NCBI GenBank assembly: GCA_051294375.1
Contig: JBJCIZ010001277.1
Coordinates: forward strand, 1-27,156
Length of the DNA stretch: 27,156 bases
Source: Paraspadella gotoi
Lineage: Eukaryota > Animalia > Chaetognatha
Direction: 5' to 3'
The notes beneath the pieces were generated by a model. That model searched no databases. It was given only the letters and a program-made list of their open reading frames with translations, and was not told where the DNA came from. Shown here in pieces: positions 11,801 to 21,384 of the stretch. The position numbers were made by a program, and so were the translations under genes. Each line of letters starts with the position of its first letter. Positions within the stretch are counted from its first letter, which is position 1.

Positions 11801-14800
11801 NNNNNNNNNNNNNNNNNNNNNNNNNNNNNNNNNNNNNNNNNNNNNNNNNNNNNNNNNNNNNNNNNNNNNNNNNNNNNNNNNNNNNNNNNNNNNNNNNNNN
11901 NNNNNNNNNNNNNNNNNNNNNNNNNNNNNNNNNNNNNNNNNNNNNNNNNNNNNNNNNNNNNNNNNNNNNNNNNNNNNNNNNNNNNNNNNNNNNNNNNNNN
12001 NNNNNNNNNNNNNNNNNNNNNNNNNNNNNGACTACTGACTATTTGTAATAAAATTAACTTTTCAAAATAGCGACAATTTTTTTTCCATCATGGTACTTTC
12101 ATCTGCGATTCATGGACTCGTATTTATTAACCATTTTGGGTTACTTTTACTTTCACCGACCAGGGTTAGGGAGGGGTTAGGGTTATGAGTGGTTTAGGGT
12201 TAAAAGGGNNNNNNNNNNGGGTAATTAAATAATATTTTTTTAATTTTATTTTAAAAAATAAGTAATTTTAAGTAATTTTTTAAAAGCCGCCAAAACCGCG
12301 GTTGGCGAAAGTAAAATTTAGCCGTTTTAGTTTTATTTNNNNNNNNNNTTTGGTTCTTTGATTATTTTTTACTTTGGACTCATAATTGTTTATACGTCTC
12401 CATTGTCTCCTGTATTTATTGCGCATTTGATTTCTTGATTAATTGTAACTGTTAGTGTTTCATAGTTATTTACTTTCATTAATTAGTAGTAGTATTTTTT
12501 AACTGATTAAACTTAGAATTTGCTCTAACGATGAGTGAGTCTGTTGAGTCGTCGCCTCCGACCCCGACAACGCCGAATCTCGTCTCCAAAGTCGACGGCG
12601 TCTTCTTCTTTGCTTCTNNNNNNNNNNNNNNNNTTTGCTCAACGACGCTGCTTTTCGGCGCCGGGATATCATTTTCCGACGTTCAGTGAATCTCCATCGT
12701 ATCACCTTTTTTTCGGCGCCACCTCCGTCGCTACTTGCTTCTATTATTCCGCTCCGCCGCCGTTGCCTCTTCCTGGGACTGGGCAACCCTCGACTCTCGG
12801 GCTCGCTCCGTGCCACCGCCGCCGTCGCGACCTCCTTCCCAAGACCGACTATCACTGCGAACTACACCAAGCCACTCTTTCCCATCTCCCCCGGCCNNNN
12901 NNNNNNCCCCGATCTGTTTCCGATTGCGCACAGGAAGTGGAGGATGTGGCATCCAGGTTAATTTATTTTGAATGATATTCGAATATTAAAAATTCAAACC
13001 AAACTGATAATAATTTAATAAAACACTACTAAAAATCATTGAAATAGCAAATGTCCATTTTGTCAAATATTATTCTATTGTTATTATAGACAATCTGATA
13101 ATTTTAATTAAATGAACCAAGATTTATTTTAATCCAATATCACAAAATTGCCTATAGAAGACGAAGGCGGCTTCATATTAAAAATTGAGGTACTATGGGT
13201 CAACGAAGGGACATTCGTATCTGCCTGGGTGTGAGGCTCTGCCCGACAGCTGGCGCTCAAGAGGCTTTGGACTGACAGTGGACCAACCCATGCTCACTGC
13301 GAGTAGTTTATGCCGTAAGCGCATCCACCTGTTGACCAGCTTGGTGACCGTGGTGAAGGGGGATTGAACCCAGAAAATCATGCGGTTTGGTGAATGAGTA
13401 CTTACTGGTCCAAGCCAATGGGACGGCTGAGTTTCAGCGTAAAGGGCTATAACAGCAGGGGATTTAAGGATTCGCCCGCACAGTACCGTTTTTATGTGAC
13501 CCGCGAGAGATCTCGTTCCATAAACGCTGACAGATCGAATTATAAAATTGATTACATTTTAGACGTCTAATGAAACTAATGATAATGGAACTATAGAGCG
13601 AATTTGATATTAACCTGCCAAGAGATAACAGGCGCAATGGGGGTAAAAGACCTTGGGGAGCCAAGCAAAGGCTAAAATAATTTGTTTTTCTTGTTTTATC
13701 AAATTTTTTTAGTAGCATCAGAGTGCCATTGACGTTTTTAGTTCGAACATAATTGATAAAAAAAATTTTTAGAACTAATATAATAAAATTTTCGCATAAT
13801 AGGCAGATGGTTTGAAGATGTGACGTGGGATTCGTTTTACTTTCAATTTTCGCGCCAAATTATGTCAAATCTGACTGGAATGCTGATCGGTTCGATCGAA
13901 GCTGAAAATTAAGGTAAACTACATATTTTTTGAGGTATAAATCACGTTTTTGTAAGAAGATTGCAACTGTCTTCAAGGACAAAAAAAATTTGCAAAAAAA
14001 ATTTGACCATTTTTTGCTCGCAATGGCTGACCCCCTCGGCTCAGCGTGTCAACCTATTGAAGCATTCGCCTCACAATAGTTCTCATTAGTATGTCCGACA
14101 TAAGCGGAGTAGCTGGAAAGTTCCATACCAATCTTCAAATAAAGTTTGGTCCAGACAGTTTTCTCAGAACGAAGTTCTGGTTCACAAAAAGCAGAGGTAC
14201 AGTCAATTATATAAACGAATTACCTCCGTAATAAGATATTCTGCTAAGTATCTTCTAACAATTTGCATAAAATTCACGCGCTCCTTGTAGTTTGATGCTG
14301 ACGGAGTACATATAGCTATTCCCCGCGATTATTACTTTAGAGGAGGGTTTTGTTCATGCATTGGTTGAATAAAGCCTTGTAAACAAATTCATCTCAGAGA
14401 CCATAAACTTATAAAATTATCCGCAAACAGAAATTGAGGCCCCCTTCAAGTGCGTTTCCAGACAAGTCAATTACTCATGTAGCGAAGGAGGGATCGGGTT
14501 GATTGATTTGTGAAGATTTTAATGATTGCTAGCTGAGAAATATGTGGAGTAGAGTAGAAATCTTCATTTTTTATGGAAAATTTCGTCAGTGGTTAATGAG
14601 ATTAAATCAAAGATCTGTTGAGTGTGCTGGAGAGACCTGCAGGCAAGCGCGTCGATTGAGCAGCCTGTAACCTTGTCTGTGGCACGAGTAACTGTGTTCT
14701 GATCAATCATAATTGTTGTGAGGATTATGTGATTGGTCCAGTCTGCTCATAAACCGGACTCATTCAAGATCCAAGAAATAATAATTTTTACAGAAAGAGC

Positions 14801-17800
14801 GGAAATGAATGGAGACAGCGAGTGCCTCCCCTTTGGCCGGCCTTAGCTTCGCCGCACCGAGAGAAGATCGACCACTCCGTGTCTACTCGCGGCGTCTCCA
14901 CATGTCCGGTGTCGTTACGCCTCGCTGCGTCGTTGTCCGCACCTTCTATGAGTCTCTCCCCTTCGTGCATGTCTTTGCTCCTTGTGCTCTATACTGCTGC
15001 TGCATACAAAACGACGCATAGTTGTGCACGCAACAAGTGACAGGGCGGAGCATGATTTGCAGTATAAAATACTCGGGGATGATTCCAGTTTGGAAGATAA
15101 CGCTTGTACTGGCTTCTTTTATGGGAACTGGGTGGCCACTGTAGATTTGTTTTAAGAACTCTTGTGAATAGGAGCTTTTATGAGGTTTAAAGATTATTTA
15201 GTAATAACTTATTTTAATTGTGTGTCATTTATATAACGATTTGCAAATTAGGCGCGATTCGCCGTCTTTTTTTTATTAGTTCATAGGGCTAGCTATTATT
15301 CGCCAGTGTACGCCGTGAGCATGCAATATTGAGCAAAATTAACCAGTAAGTTTTTAAAGAATGCATTGATGTCGAATGAATAGCTTTACATTACAATTAA
15401 CATATTTTCAAAAACCTTAGGCAAAAGTGGTAACATGCAAATTTATTTGCGTAAGGACGTCGCTTCATTCAGGTTGCAGTTTGTACTCAATACCCAACAG
15501 CTGCGGCAGGGGTAAGTTCGGCGGATGGATTCGCGTGTTTTGCGGCGCCCCTCTGCGGAGATTCTGGCCAGGTGCGGTTGGCTCTCGGATGCAGAACCAT
15601 CGCGCCAANNNNNNNNNNNNNNNNNNNNNNNNNAGGTAAACTAATATTTTTGAGGTAATAAATACGTTTTTGTAGAAGATTGCAACTGTTCAAAACAAAA
15701 AAATTTGAAAAAAAAAATTTTGACCATTTTTTGCTCCAATGGCTGACCCCCTCGGCTCAGCGGTCAAATATTGAAATTCGCCTCAATAGTTCTATTAGTA
15801 TTCACATAGGGATCGTTCATACCAAATTTCAATAAATNNNNNNNNNNNNNNNNNNNNNNNNNNNNNNNNNNNNNNNNNNNNNNNNNNNNNNNNNNNNNNN
15901 NNNNNNNNNNNNNNNNNNNNNNNNNNNNNNNNNNNNNNNNNNNNNNNNNNNNNNNNNNNNNNNNNNNNNNNNNNNNNNNNNTACAATATAGTATTCCCCG
16001 ATCTAATACTTAAGGAGTGGTTTTTTCATGCAATTGAAACCTTGAAACAAATCATCTCAGAACCATAAATTATAAAAATTATCCAAAAAAATTAGCCCCT
16101 TCAGCTTTCAACATCAATTACTNNNNNNNNNNTCGGTTGATTGATTTGAGATTTTATATGTGGCTGAGGAAATATGTGAATAAGTTCAAAATCTATTTTT
16201 TATGGAATTGTCAGTNNNNNNNNNNNNNNNNNNNNNNNNNNNNNNNNNNNNNNNNNNNNNNNNNNNNNNNNNNNNNNNNNNNNNNNNNNNNNNNNNNNNN
16301 NNNNNNNNNNNNNNNNNNNNNNNNNNNNNNNNNNNNNNNNNNNNNNNNNNNNNNNNNNNNNNNNNNNNNNNNNNNNNNNNNNNNNNNNNNNNNNNNNNNN
16401 NNNNNNNNNNNNNNNNNNNNNNNNNNNNNNNNNNNNNNNNNNNNNNNNNNNNNNNNNNNNNNNNNNNNNNNNNNNNNNNNNNNNNNNNNNNNNNNNNNNN
16501 NNNNNNNNNNNNNNNNNNNNNNNNNNNNNNNNNNNNNNNNNNNNNNNNNNNNNNNNNNNNNNNNNNNNNNNNNNNNNNNNNNNNNNNNNNNNNNNNNNNN
16601 NNNNNNNNNNNNNNNNNNNNNNNNNNNNNNNNNNNNNNNNNNNNNNNNNNNNNNNNNNNNNNNNNNNNNNNNNNNNCCAATTCCTGTCGTTACGCCTCGC
16701 TCTCTTCCGCCACCTTAGCTCTCTCCCCCTTCTCATCTTCCTGGCTGCTGTACAAAAAAGACNNNNNNNNNNNNNNNNNNNNNNNNNNNNNNNNNNNNNN
16801 NNNNNNNNNNNNNNNNNNNNNNNNNNNNNNNNNNNNNNNNNNNNNNNNNNNNNNNNNNNNNNTTTTTATACTTTTCAAATAAAAAATATTATATAAGCGA
16901 TATATATAATCATAATGTAAGTAAACCTCTTGGTAAAAAAAGTAAAAAATAGTTAGACAACCTTTTTTAAAAGTATTTGTATGCATGAAATAATCTTATG
17001 CTATTAAAAATATTTTTATATTTAATTTTGAAAAAGTTTTTATTATTTTAAGTATTAGATTTTATAATATTTATTAAAATAATATATAAATTTTATATTT
17101 TTATATTATATATTATTAAATATTAAACTTATTATTGACTACTGACTATTTGTAATAAAATTAACTTTTCAAAATAGCGACAATTTTTTTTCCATCATGG
17201 TACTTTTCATCTGCGATTCATGGACTCGTATTTATTAACCATTTTGGGTTACTTTTACTTCACCGACCAGGGTTAGGGAGGGTTAGGGTTATGAGTGGTT
17301 TAGGGTTAAAAGGGTTTCGGGTTAGGGTAATAAATAATATTTTTTTAATTTTATTTTAAAAAATAAGTATTTTAAGTAATTTTTTAAAAGCCGCCAAACC
17401 GCGGTTGGCGAAAGTAAAATTTAGCCGTTTTAGTTTTATTTCTTTTTGCTCTTTGGTTCTTTGATTATTTTTTACTTTGGACTCATAATTGTTTATACGT
17501 CTCCATTGTCTCCTGTATTTATTGCGCATTTGATTTCTTGATTAATTGTAACTGTTAGTGTTTCATAGTTATTTACTTTCATTAATTAGTAGTAGTATTT
17601 TTTAACTGATTAAACTTAGAATTTGCTCTAACGATGAGTGAGTCTGTTGAGTCGTCGCCTCCGACCCGACAACGCCGAATCTCGTCTCCAAAGTCGACGG
17701 CGTCTTCTCTTTGCTTCTCTAACGCCGAATTCGTTTTGCTCAACGACGCTGCTTTTCGGCGCCGGGATATCATTTTCCGACGTTCAGTGAATCTCCATCG

Positions 17801-19899
17801 TATCACCTTTTTTCGGCGCCACCTCCGTCGCTACTTGCTTCTATTATTCCGCTCCGCCGCCGTTGCCTCTTCCTGGACTGGGCAACCCTCGACTCTCGGC
17901 TCGCTCCGTGCCACCGCCGCCGTCGCGACCTCCTTCCCAAGACCGACTATCACTGCGAACTACACCAAGCCACTCTTTCCCATCTCCCCGGCCAGCGTCC
18001 TCCCCCGATCTGTTTCCGATTGCGCACAGGAAGTGGAGGAATGTGGCATCCAGGTTAATTTATTTTGAATGATATTCGAATATTAAAAATTCAAACCAAA
18101 CTGATAATAATTAATAAAACACTACTAAAAATCATTGAAATAGCAAATGTCCATTTTGTCAAATATTATTCTATTGTTATTATAGACAATCTGAAAATTT
18201 TAATTAAATGAACCAGATTTATTTTAATCCAATATTCCTAATAAAGACAGAAGGCTTCATATTATAAAATGAGGTACTATGGCAACGAAGGGACATGTAT
18301 GATGCCTGGGGTGTGAGGCATCTCCCGACAGCTGGCGCTCAGGGCTTTGGACCTGCAGTGACCACCCATGTCACTGGCGTGTTTATGCCGACACCATCAC
18401 ACTTTAACCAGTGTGACCGTGAGGGATTGAACCCAGAAATCATGGTTGGTGAATGAGTACTTAGCTGTCCAAGCCAATGGGACGAGCTGAGTTTCACCAA
18501 GCTATACAAGAGGCGAATTTAGGATTCGCCACAGTACCCTTTTTTTGTGACCAGAATCTGTTCCATCAAACTACATGATCGAATTTAATAAAATTTTACA
18601 TTTAGAGTGCTAATGACTATATAAATGGAACTATAGAGGCGAATTTTGATATTAAACCCTGACAAGAGATACAGGGGCAATGGGGGTAGACCCCTGGGGA
18701 GCCAAAAAAGGCTAAAATTTGTTTTTCTTTTTTCAAATTTTTTTTAGTAGCATCAGTGCATTGACGTTTTAAACATATGAAAAAAAATTTTAGAACTAAA
18801 ATTAATAAATTTTCAATAATTAAGCATGGTTTGAAGATGTATGGTTGTTTTACTTTCAATTTTCCAAATTATTCCAAATCTGACTTGAACTGCTGATGTT
18901 CATGAAGCTGAAAATTAAGGTAAACTAATATTTTTGAGGTAATAAATACGTTTTTGTAGAAGATTGCAACTGTTCAAAACAAAAAAATTTGAAAAAAAAA
19001 ATTTTGACCATTTTTTGCTCCAATGGCTGACCCCCTCGGCTCAGCGGTCAAATATTGAAATTCGCCTCAATAGTTCTATTAGTATTCACATAGGGATCGT
19101 TCATACCAAATTTCAATAAATTTGGTCCAGAAGTTTTCTCAGAACGAGTTCTGGTCACAAAAAAGAGGTACCTCATTTTATTAAATGAAACCTTCCGTAA
19201 TAAGATATTCTTAAGTATCTTTAACAATTTCATAAAATTCAGCTCCTTGTATTTTGATGCTGGACGGAGTACAATATAGTATTCCCCGATCTAATACTTA
19301 AGGAGTGGTTTTTTTCATGCAATTGAAACCTTGAAACAAATCATCTCAGAACCATAAATTATAAAAATTATCCAAAAAAATTAGCCCCTTCAGCTTTCAA
19401 CATCAATTACTCATTAGCAGATCGGTTGATTGATTTGAGATTTTATATGTGGCTGAGGAAATATGTGAATAAGTTCAAAATCTATTTTTTATGGAATTGT
19501 CAGTGTAATGAGATTAAACAAGATCCCGTATTGTTTGCATAACTTATTTTCATATATTTTATATTTTTCACGCATTACCTATCTCAAACCAAAAAAATAA
19601 TTTTACAGAAGCGAAATGATGGAGACGGACGTGCCTCCCCCTTCCGGCCTTACTTCGCCGCCACCAATCGGACCCTCCGCCTCCGGCTCTCCAATTCCTG
19701 TCGTTACGCCTCGCTCTCTCCGCCACCTTCTTAGCTCTCTCCCCCTTCTCATCTTCCTGGCTGCTGTACAAAAAGACAGATGATTTGCAGCAAAAAGACG
19801 CGGAGATGATTTGCAGATAAAATACTCGGGGATGATTCATTTGGGAGATAAACGCTTGTACTGCATTCTTTTATGAACTGGTCATGTAGATTGTTTTAA
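2466..19899 (+). CDS. EXOC2: Exocyst complex component 2 (Sec5), multi-exon gene span; frameshifted in this assembly, last two exons present twice
   Basis: More than ten peptide motifs match metazoan EXOC2 in the correct order from N- to C-terminus (see exon features). Several GT/AG boundaries separate C-rich exons from AT-rich introns. Without the duplication the gene would end near 15155. Confidence 0.85.
2940..3105. repeat. GAAA/AGAA-rich low-complexity tract
   Basis: Repeated aagaatagaaagg-like units. It is the source of the F/L/S-rich spurious ORFs. Confidence 0.85.
3778..4501 (+). CDS. EXOC2: EXOC2 exons covering the N-terminal part of the Sec5 domain; boundaries approximate
   Basis: QLKYVL...NKR...ISF.KA..NV...ITAMR (3778-3926), GVTSK...VFQEFGR...AD (about 4058-4160; cf. 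SMTQK...LFQEVLGRKDKAD), IRGYVE..KSYEMI, and YKFLLE.D.DI..ALRG..KSLLFNASS...LIK (about 4385-4500; cf. [28 protein letters not shown]). GT donor at about 4502. Confidence 0.65.
3932..4046. repeat. (GA)n/(GAGACA)n microsatellite
   Basis: Directly visible. A similar GA-rich run lies at 3700-3770. Confidence 0.9.
4724..4851 (+). CDS. EXOC2: EXOC2 internal exon
   Basis: attag| acceptor; P-W-x-C...VIHCWVL..QL (cf. DPAWQCIGAQHKWILQL); |gtagg donor. Confidence 0.6.
5030..5250 (+). CDS. EXOC2: EXOC2 internal exon (C-terminal part of ORF 4880..5254)
   Basis: QADLWRQAL...LF...VNRLVADTLTALL....ALLP (cf. QLPNFWKL/LPDLWRL...LF...FKKMIQEVMHSLVKLTRGALLP); cgcag|gtagc donor. The 5' boundary is uncertain (possible acceptor at 5045). 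Confidence 0.8.
5400..6020 (+). CDS. EXOC2: EXOC2 cluster of short internal exons (about 5400-5521, 5632-5841 and 5930-6020)
   Basis: DWLAHA (5472-5489; cf. QWLAHAIQTVR) then ag|gtacg donor; ISAYGAPEG...AEIFYL (cf. LTALEIPND...DLILDLR); VFAAAVVQI; |gtatga donor at 5842; gctaat branch-like site and ccccag| acceptor; LTLLPAGFCENC (5930-5965; cf. LTSLPCQFEQC). Confidence 0.8.
6320..7490 (+). mobile_element. tRNA-derived SINE-like element split by the MITE (parts 6320-6326 and 7330-about 7490)
   Basis: Removing the MITE restores TGGCC-TA-GTGCTTCAAGCGCGCCGGA (A-box-like), followed by a B box GGTTCAAATCT at 7375-7385. The 3' end is approximate. Confidence 0.7.
6327..7327. mobile_element. About 1.0-kb non-autonomous foldback MITE with TA target-site duplication (Tc1/mariner-type)
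   Basis: Long imperfect inverted repeats: ca(tc)ggtgacaattttaca(a)agcgc...gagtagaacatattaaagtcat...ggagaaagttgg from 6327 matches the reverse complement of the sequence ending at 7327, with symmetry extending to about 6650/7010. TA lies at 6325-6326 and at 7328-7329. Confidence 0.9.
8780..10260 (-). pseudogene. Unidentified degenerate coding-like segment antisense within the large EXOC2 intron (TE or endogenous viral relic?)
   Basis: Non-repetitive sequence, A-rich on the minus strand, with long protein-like stretches broken by stops and frameshifts (e.g. SDGEPFNENNSQYHSAARIVYQCSMPPK, LLKQLCKFTELDLKEWMTGIRQVSFKQIISLARYLQIL). No family recognised. Confidence 0.4.
10600..10735 (-). repeat. Dispersed AT-rich repeat family, inverted partial copy
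   Basis: The reverse complement (aaaacagattcagataacttataaaaagttatctgtacaaaatatttttttcaatattttgatgataa) matches about 21600-21690. Confidence 0.85.
12138..12324. mobile_element. Small TIR element carrying TTAGGG repeats (copy A)
   Basis: Left end gggttacttttactttcaccgacc versus the reverse complement of the right end, ggctaaattttactttcgccaacc. Internal degenerate TTAGGG run, a cgccaa..ccgcgg.ttggcg hairpin, and T-tracts on both flanks. Confidence 0.7.
12517..12956 (+). CDS. EXOC2: EXOC2 penultimate exon (copy A)
   Basis: ctgat..ttag| acceptor and ccag|gttaat donor. SRRRLLLCFSNAEFV (cf. SEQRLLIVLSNCCYL; the N gap is filled from copy B), AVASSWDWAT (cf. IYAGYFDWKD), and LFPISPASVLPRSVSDCAQEVEDVASR (cf. 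[26 protein letters not shown]). Frameshifts are required. Confidence 0.85.
13194..13482 (-). mobile_element. Solo-LTR-like insert with tRNA-type A/B boxes (copy A)
   Basis: Indel-rich counterpart of 18278-18533, with GTAC at 13190-13193 and 13483-13486 and GGGTTCAATCCC on the minus strand. Confidence 0.55.
14794..15155 (+). CDS. EXOC2: EXOC2 terminal exon (copy A, insertion-rich)
   Basis: ttttacag| acceptor; homologous to 19609-19899. Confidence 0.65.
15634..16762 (+). repeat. Third, gap-separated fragments of the duplicated segment
   Basis: 15634-16215 matches about 18918-19505 almost base for base, and 16678-16762 matches about 19691-19777. All fragments are bounded by N runs. Confidence 0.9.
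17246..17427. mobile_element. About 180-bp TIR element with four TTAGGG units (copy B); Helentron/HINE-like or other MITE
   Basis: Imperfect TIRs of about 24 bp, cagggttagggagggttagggtt...tttagggtt...gggttagggt, a subterminal palindrome cgccaaaccgcggttggcg, and T-tracts on both flanks. Confidence 0.7.
17620..18053 (+). CDS. EXOC2: EXOC2 penultimate exon (copy B)
   Basis: Same as 12517-12956. ORF 17634..18068 contains LCFSNAEFV and LFPISPASVLPRSVSDCAQEV. Acceptor AG at 17618-17619, donor GT at 18054-18055. Confidence 0.85.
18190..19245. mobile_element. Foldback (long inverted repeat) element in the last EXOC2 intron, left arm interrupted by the 256-bp insert
   Basis: ttcatattataaaatgaggtac (about 18256-18277) joined to ccttttttgtgaccagaa...gaactatagaggcgaattt...ggagccaaaaaaggctaaaa (18538-18718) matches the reverse complement of about 19000-19190. 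The outer limits are approximate. Copy A is at about 13095-14285. Confidence 0.75.
18278..18533 (-). mobile_element. 256-bp solo-LTR-like insert containing a tRNA-derived Pol III promoter (copy B)
   Basis: GTAC direct repeats at 18274-18277 and 18534-18537. Termini TATGGCAA...TCGCCACA are an imperfect inverted TG..CA type. Minus-strand A box TGGCTTGGACAG (18476-18465) and B box GGGTTCAATCCC (18434-18423). Confidence 0.65.
19609..19899 (+). CDS. EXOC2: EXOC2 terminal exon (copy B)
   Basis: ttttacag| acceptor. SASG/ALQFLSLRLALSAT..ALSP (cf. [25 protein letters not shown]) and KDAEMI.DKIL....LVLHSF (cf. ADKKLLEELL...HLQLTCF). The stop position is approximate. Confidence 0.75.
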
Positions 19900-20141
19900 A
19901 CTATTTGATAGGAGCTTTATATTTAAAAATTATTTATAATACTTTTTATTGTGTGTCATTTAATATAACCGATTGCAATAGATTCGCCGTCTTTTTTTTT
20001 ATTATTATAGGGCTACTTTATTCCCAGTTACTGAGCATAATTAGAAAATTACCAAGTAATTTAAAAAATCATTGATGTTTAATGATAACATTTAATTACA
20101 ATTACATATTTTCAAAAACATTAGCAAAGTTAACATCAAAT

Positions 20142-20457
20142 TTATTTGGTACAACGTCGCTTCATAGGTTGCGGTTTGTCAAACCAAGTCGGCAGGTAAT
20201 TCGGCCGGAGTTTGCGCGCCTCTGCGGAGATTTGGCCAGTGCCGGTTGCTTCGTCAGAACCATCCAGGCGCCTCCTCTTTGACATAGTAGCTCCCGAGTC
20301 TCCAGGCGCCGGACCGACCGTGGGGCGAGTGACGGACTAGTTAGAGGGGTGGAAGGATGGCGCTTAGCGCAAGAGATATCTCTTCTCTGGAGTAGCCTGG
20401 ACTGCGCCAACGCCGGGAGAGGTCGGGGCGGAAGAGTGTCCGCGTCCAACAGTTAGT
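20142..20457 (-). CDS. Candidate terminal exon of an unidentified convergent gene
   Basis: GC-rich island, C-rich on the minus strand like the EXOC2 exons. It starts after attcattcccag|, and one frame ends ...RKLRPNYLPTWFDKPQPMKRRCTK*. No homology recognised. Confidence 0.4.
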
Positions 20458-20859
20458 CTGGGAATGAATCCCTCCATGTTGAATTCGTTTTAAGAAAGAA
20501 TTTTTTTTATAAGACAAGTAATGATCGAAATGGTAAGTAAGAAAATAACTGAAAACGTTAAACAATATTCACAAGGTAAGGTCAGTAATCTGACCTTTTT
20601 TAAATTTCAGTTATGACTTGGTTAAGGTCAGTCTTCTTGACGCGGTCGTTATTGTTGTCGCCGCAACGTTTACCTTGCATTAAAGTAATAAATTTATTTA
20701 TAAATTAAAATTAGCCCCCAATTGGTATTAAATTATCATCNNNNNNNNNNTTTAAGTTTTATAAATAATCATATCGCCTTATTCTCTTATAAATTCATTT
20801 CCTATATCAACATTTTCTTTCCGTAGTCAGCTCCGTAATTTTCCGTTTATTTCTATTGG

Positions 20860-21380
20860 CCCGGAATGAGGATTTCGGCTTTACCGTCGATTCAGTCGGA
20901 CTAAGGATTAGTACTACGTAGTTCAAATCTTATGTTAACCACTTTTTCGCTCGTTTGGCGCCGAAAGTTGACCCTCGGAAGGCGCTATTTTTTCGTCGTT
21001 TTTTGGAGATTACTTCTAAACGCGTGGACCGATTTTAATGAAATTTTATATGAGTAAACTAGACGTAATTCACGTCGATCGGTACCAAATTTTCGAAATC
21101 GAGCCCCAGGAAAAAGACGATGTATTCTCTAGATACTAGAAGAAAAAGAAAGAAAGATAAAAAAAAAAAGAAACAAGAACGGTAATCAAATGTTTTGCGC
21201 CGCAGTGACTGCCTTATCACGTGTATTTCTCGTGACATGACGTGACATGACATGACATATGACATACATGACTAGAATAACCTTCTTAGCCCGTGTATTT
21301 ATGACACGCACTCATCGGAATTTCGTCTTTTTAATGTTTATAGGATTTCCTGAAGCGCGCGAGCATCCCTATATTTAAAG
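20860..21380. mobile_element. Non-autonomous Helentron/DINE-1-like (HINE-like) element
   Basis: Motif ggaccgattttaatgaaatttt typical of such invertebrate repeats, an internal (CATGA)n microsatellite at about 21235-21272, and short hairpins cgtgt..acacg and ataggat..atccctat near the right end. Boundaries are approximate. Confidence 0.4.
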
Positions 21381-21384
21381 TTTT

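Larger units (their letters stand above)
11717..15607 (+). repeat. Copy A of a direct duplication (copy B at about 16875-20270)
   Basis: 12029-about 13140 is nearly identical to 17138-about 18235. About 13140-15607 is a roughly 20% longer, indel-riddled version of about 18235-20270. Confidence 0.95.
16875..20270 (+). repeat. Copy B of the direct duplication
   Basis: Shares aaataaaaaatattatataagcgatatatataatcataat and all downstream landmarks with copy A. Confidence 0.95.

Noticed and set aside
12499-12855. Arg-rich minus-strand ORF of 118 aa (and 17582..17806)
   Set aside because: Antisense shadow of the GC-rich EXOC2 exon.
15795-16882. Long ORFs in the track
   Set aside because: Composed almost entirely of N-gap X residues.
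17179-17245. Possible extra small EXOC2 exon (DNFFHH...IHGL)
   Set aside because: Similarity is too weak, and 6096-6175 is an equally plausible candidate for that part of the protein. RNA-seq is needed.
17268-17329. True telomere or chromosome-fusion site
   Set aside because: Only four perfect TTAGGG units in one orientation, enclosed by TIRs inside an intron.
20578-20597. Perfect 8-bp hairpin aaggtcag-taat-ctgacctt followed by a T run (terminator-like)
   Set aside because: Short enough to arise by chance, and intrinsic terminators are not meaningful in this eukaryotic context.
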